Source of the DNA: Cyanobacteria bacterium P01_A01_bin.123
GTDB lineage: Bacteria; Cyanobacteriota; Cyanobacteriia; Phormidesmidales; Phormidesmidaceae
Length of the DNA stretch: 64,000 nucleotides
Reading direction: 5' to 3'
Assembly (NCBI GenBank): GCA_039815185.1
Contig: JBCBZT010000004.1
Span: 96,001-160,000, forward strand
Shown here: positions 60,955-64,000 of the stretch, in pieces
Layout of the letters: every line of letters begins with the position of its first letter
Position numbering within the stretch: position 1 is the stretch's first letter
Notes under the pieces: model-generated
Told to the model about the DNA's origin: nothing
The model's database searches: none
What the model saw: the letters and a program-made list of their open reading frames with translations, nothing else
Program-made: the position numbers and the translations under genes

Positions 60955-60990
60955 GAAAAGAGACGGGGGTTACCTGGTCTCTTTTCTTGT
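60955..60990 (+). terminator. Intrinsic terminator after psb34
   Basis: GAAAAGAGAC...GTCTCTTTTC hairpin followed by a T-rich run. Confidence 0.7.
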
Positions 60991-61004
60991 TTTAGGGGTG
61001 GATT

Positions 61005-62417
61005 ATGGCGTCAAGTTTCCAACGATTGCAGCACCATTATCGCCGTTTGCGTCAGGCCAAAGTTTTTAGTCCCTATTTCCCCGTTTCTCCAGCTCAGTTT
61101 TCCTGGTTCTATGGCTGGGTGATTGTGGCAGTAGCGACGATCGGTATTCTCATGAGCATTCCCGGGCAAACCGCTGGCGTAAGCGTCTTTACCGATCATT
61201 TAATTGAGGCCACTGGGTTATCGCGGCTGTCGTTAAGCAATGCCTATCTCGTGGGGACGCTCACTAGCGGATTATTGTTGCCCTATGGTGGCCGGTTGCT
61301 CGATCGGCTAGGCTCCCGATTTACGGTGGTGTTGTCGTCGCTTTGGTTGGCTGGGACGCTAGTATATCTTAGCTTTAGCGATCGCTTGCTCAACCTAATC
61401 AGCTCAGGTTTACCTGGGTTGACGGCCCAACAAATTGCGTTACCACTGTTGATTTTAGGTTTTTTTAGCCTGCGGTTTAGCGGCCAAGGAATGCTGACGT
61501 TGACCAGTCGAACCACCTTGGGCAAGTGGTTTGATCGACGACGAGGCTTTGTGTCTGGGCTCTCAGGCGTATTTGTGTCTTTTGGCTTTGCGGCTGCCCC
61601 GCTGATCTTTAGCCTCTGGATTGGCTTACTGGACTGGCGTGGGGCTTGGCTAAGCATGGCGCTGCTGGTAGGCGTGGGGATGGCGCTGTTGGGTTGGCTA
61701 TTTTTTCGAGATAATCCGGAGGTTTGCGGATTGCGGATGGATGGGGATGGGAGTCGGGAGGCAACGCTGGAAGTGGATTCGATCGGCAGTAGTCAGAAAT
61801 CGGCTTTGGAACCCCGTGCCTTATTGCCCCCATCAACGGATTTTACCCGTGCCCAAGCGGTGACAACGTTAGCCTTTTGGTCAACGACTTTAGCCCTATC
61901 ATCGCAGGCATTGATTATCACCGGGATCACTTTTCACATCGTTGATATTGGGGCCGCTGTGGCGTTGAGTGAAACCAAGACGGTGGCTTTGTTTTTGCCG
62001 ATGGCTATTTTATCGACGGGGGTTGGGTATGCCATTGGTGTGGTGTCTGACCGTATCCCCCTGAAGCGTTTGTATCTGCTGATGATGGGGGTGCAAGCCG
62101 TCGGTATTCTTTGCATGGGACGGCTGGATTTGGTGGGGGCGCGGGTATTGGTGATCGCGGGGTTTGGCATCAGCGGCGGCTGCTTTAGTACGCTGAGTAC
62201 GGTGACGCTACCACGCTTTTTTGGCCGCACTCACCTGGGGGCTATTGCGGGTGTGCAGATGATGAGTATGGTGATCGCTAGCGCGTTGGGGCCATCGTTT
62301 TTGGCATTGTTCCAGGCTCAATTTGGGTCTTATCAAACGGGGTTATATTTGTGTGCGATTTTCCCTGTGATGATTTTTTTGCTGCTGTTGCCGACCCAAA
62401 ATCCTCAAAATTCTTGA
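61005..62417 (+). CDS. MFS transporter
   Basis: FYGWVIV, GRLLDRLGSR and KWFDRRRG motifs; about 12 TM segments. Confidence 0.9.
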   Translation: MASSFQRLQHHYRRLRQAKVFSPYFPVSPAQFSWFYGWVIVAVATIGILMSIPGQTAGVSVFTDHLIEATGLSRLSLSNAYLVGTLTSGLLLPYGGRLLDRLGSRFTVVLSSLWLAGTLVYLSFSDRLLNLISSGLPGLTAQQIALPLLILGFFSLRFSGQGMLTLTSRTTLGKWFDRRRGFVSGLSGVFVSFGFAAAPLIFSLWIGLLDWRGAWLSMALLVGVGMALLGWLFFRDNPEVCGLRMDGDGSREATLEVDSIGSSQKSALEPRALLPPSTDFTRAQAVTTLAFWSTTLALSSQALIITGITFHIVDIGAAVALSETKTVALFLPMAILSTGVGYAIGVVSDRIPLKRLYLLMMGVQAVGILCMGRLDLVGARVLVIAGFGISGGCFSTLSTVTLPRFFGRTHLGAIAGVQMMSMVIASALGPSFLALFQAQFGSYQTGLYLCAIFPVMIFLLLLPTQNPQNS

Positions 62418-62545
62418 GGGGTGACCCGTTGAGGAATTGTTCCACTTTGCGTGAGATGGGGCATGATTAGGATGTTAATTTCAGCGCGATCGCTATGAAT
62501 CGGTCTATTAAACCGCGTCCACATCCAGATCCACAGTTTTCCTTC

Positions 62546-62573
62546 GCAGGGGCTAGAGGCCTCTCGCCCCTAC
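62546..62573. repeat. REP-like palindrome (GTAGGGGCG...CGCCCCTAC family, degenerate)
   Basis: GCAGGGGCTAGAGGCCTCTCGCCCCTAC. Confidence 0.6.
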
Positions 62574-62590
62574 TCAAGGTTTCAAATCGG

Positions 62591-63013
62591 ATGTGGTTTA
62601 TTCTTTCAGTTCTTGCTGTCTGCACGGCTTGGTTCACCCCTGCGGCTGTTTTGGCCGATGAGCCTGAGGAGGTGAATCCGCAAATCCAGGCGCTGCGTGG
62701 CACAATAGCAACTGCCCTGTGTTTGAATGAGTGGGATTTGGCGATGGATCTGACGAGCCAGCTTATGGCCACAGAAGGAGTCAATAGTGTTTATCGTACT
62801 GAACTGGTTCGATTTCGCGGTCAGATTCAAACCTGGGCGTTTCAAAATGAGCCGATTCGGTTTCAGGGCTGTGATGACGAGATTGCCGCGTCGATGGTGT
62901 ATGTGAGCAACCCTCAGCAGGTCGCTGAAGCTGAGGCTGAAGGTGCTAACCCACCGCTAGACTGGGCCGGGGCTTATGAGTCTTATCAGTTGTTGCAGCA
63001 ATCAAGCTTTTAA
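62591..63013 (+). CDS. Hypothetical secreted protein
   Basis: Signal peptide from ATG 62591 (MWFILSVLAV...VLA), two Cys. Confidence 0.6.
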   Translation: MWFILSVLAVCTAWFTPAAVLADEPEEVNPQIQALRGTIATALCLNEWDLAMDLTSQLMATEGVNSVYRTELVRFRGQIQTWAFQNEPIRFQGCDDEIAASMVYVSNPQQVAEAEAEGANPPLDWAGAYESYQLLQQSSF

Positions 63014-63022
63014 TCCTGGTGA

Positions 63023-63145
63023 TACCTTGCCATAACTGCTTACAGGCACCGACCTCAATCTTTACTACGACAGCCACTATCTGCTTCGCTACAAACGCCC
63101 CGATTGGTTTCTCGCCCTCGGTGTCCCCCGCCTCTACGACATTCA
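63023..63145 (+). pseudogene. Relic fragment of another Uma2-family gene
   Basis: TGTDLNLYYDSHYLLRYKRPDWFLALGVPRLYD (63042-63140) matches an internal motif of a cyanobacterial Uma2 subfamily; no start. Confidence 0.65.
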
Positions 63146-63787
63146 CTGCTGGGTGAACTGGGTCAGTAACCAAGCGCTAACCTTGCCATGATTGGTTTTG
63201 CGACTACGCTGAAACGCAGACCGTAAAATCGCCAAATCTAACCCTGGCAATACCAGAGACTGCTCAATTCTGCGACTGCCCTGATTCTCAACTGCAAACG
63301 CCAGTAGTTGGACATTATCCACATCAATAATCCAATATTCCTTGACCCCAAGCGACTCATAGAGCAAACGCTTTTCACCCTTGTCATCCGCCAAAGAAGA
63401 AACCGCCACCTCAATCACCAAATCTGGAGCCGGATAGCGATCTAAATCGATAATCGTGGCATCCCAGGGAATTACCTCTGCATTGTCCCCCAGATAAAAT
63501 GAAACATCAGGTTGAGCCTCAGAATGGCCCGTTTTGCGATACGTGCAGTTATCGTGGCTATCCAGATTGATTTCCTTTAACCCAGCAAATAAAAAGATCG
63601 CCCCAATAATTACCGCATGATCACGAGAATGAGGGTTACCGAGCGGTGACATCTCTAACCTCATGCGCCCATCGTGATAGTAGCCCTTAGCGCCTTGATG
63701 CTCTGACTGCTCAAGCACTTCCAGGTAGCCCTGCCAGGCAACGTTAACCCAAGTATCGGTTGGAATTTGAGTGGAGAGCTGACTCAT
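63143..63787 (-). CDS. Uma2 family endonuclease
   Basis: KGYYHDG.M..EMSP, QPDVSFY, PDLVIEVA and KRLLYESLGVKEYW motifs. Confidence 0.92.
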   Translation of the reverse strand: MSQLSTQIPTDTWVNVAWQGYLEVLEQSEHQGAKGYYHDGRMRLEMSPLGNPHSRDHAVIIGAIFLFAGLKEINLDSHDNCTYRKTGHSEAQPDVSFYLGDNAEVIPWDATIIDLDRYPAPDLVIEVAVSSLADDKGEKRLLYESLGVKEYWIIDVDNVQLLAFAVENQGSRRIEQSLVLPGLDLAILRSAFQRSRKTNHGKVSAWLLTQFTQQ

Positions 63788-63841
63788 AGCTGTAGGCCAA
63801 TAATAACTGTGGGCCAGATGAGACATTGACGTAAGCCTATC

Positions 63842-64000
63842 TTAGCGCTGGAGAGAGTGTTTCTGATTAGATTGACAGGGGCCACAGCATAACCCAATAC
63901 CCCAACCCAGCAAAGGATAAATGGCCCAGGTGATTGCTCCGGCAGTTGCCAGGTTGATCACGATGAGCAGTGTGTTGACCCCAGCATAGGTAATCACCTC
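63842..64000 (-). CDS. 2TM domain protein (3' part, runs off the window)
   Basis: EVITYAGVNTLLIVINLATAGAITWAIYPLLGWGIGL...*. Confidence 0.75.
   Translation of the reverse strand, partial: EVITYAGVNTLLIVINLATAGAITWAIYPLLGWGIGLCCGPCQSNQKHSLQR

Noticed and set aside
1..64000. Very frequent GCGATCGC octamer
   Set aside because: This is HIP1, a well-known genome-wide cyanobacterial repeat; it is not an array or a local system.

Overview
64-kb chromosomal window from a cyanobacterium. The HIP1 octamer GCGATCGC is very frequent and the gene set includes cruF/cruG, sigG, psb34 and a thiO-thiG fusion. A filamentous Leptolyngbya-like organism is my guess, not established. Most of the window is housekeeping: bamA-lpxC-fabZ-lpxA-lpxB, exbBD, purC, recA, mutY, rsmH, rbfA, tsaB, cimA, dacB. 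I found no rRNA, tRNA, CRISPR array or intact transposase. The main points of interest are: (1) a stand-alone PPTase / FAAL / acyl-ACP dehydrogenase / ACP cassette with no PKS or NRPS nearby; (2) a three-gene uncharacterised envelope module (BLIP/BamE-like membrane protein, degenerate M23-like lipoprotein, lysozyme-like secreted protein); (3) a stand-alone 2H phosphoesterase resembling the animal Sts-1/UBASH3 PDE domain; (4) a photolyase-family protein with a plant-cryptochrome-type Asp and a clamp-binding-like tail; (5) a non-canonical MetRS2-type metG between a methyltransferase and a BchE-like B12 radical SAM enzyme; (6) a candidate sRNA and several decaying Uma2/hypothetical pseudogenes. 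Family assignments come from motif recognition and recalled sequences, not from database searches.
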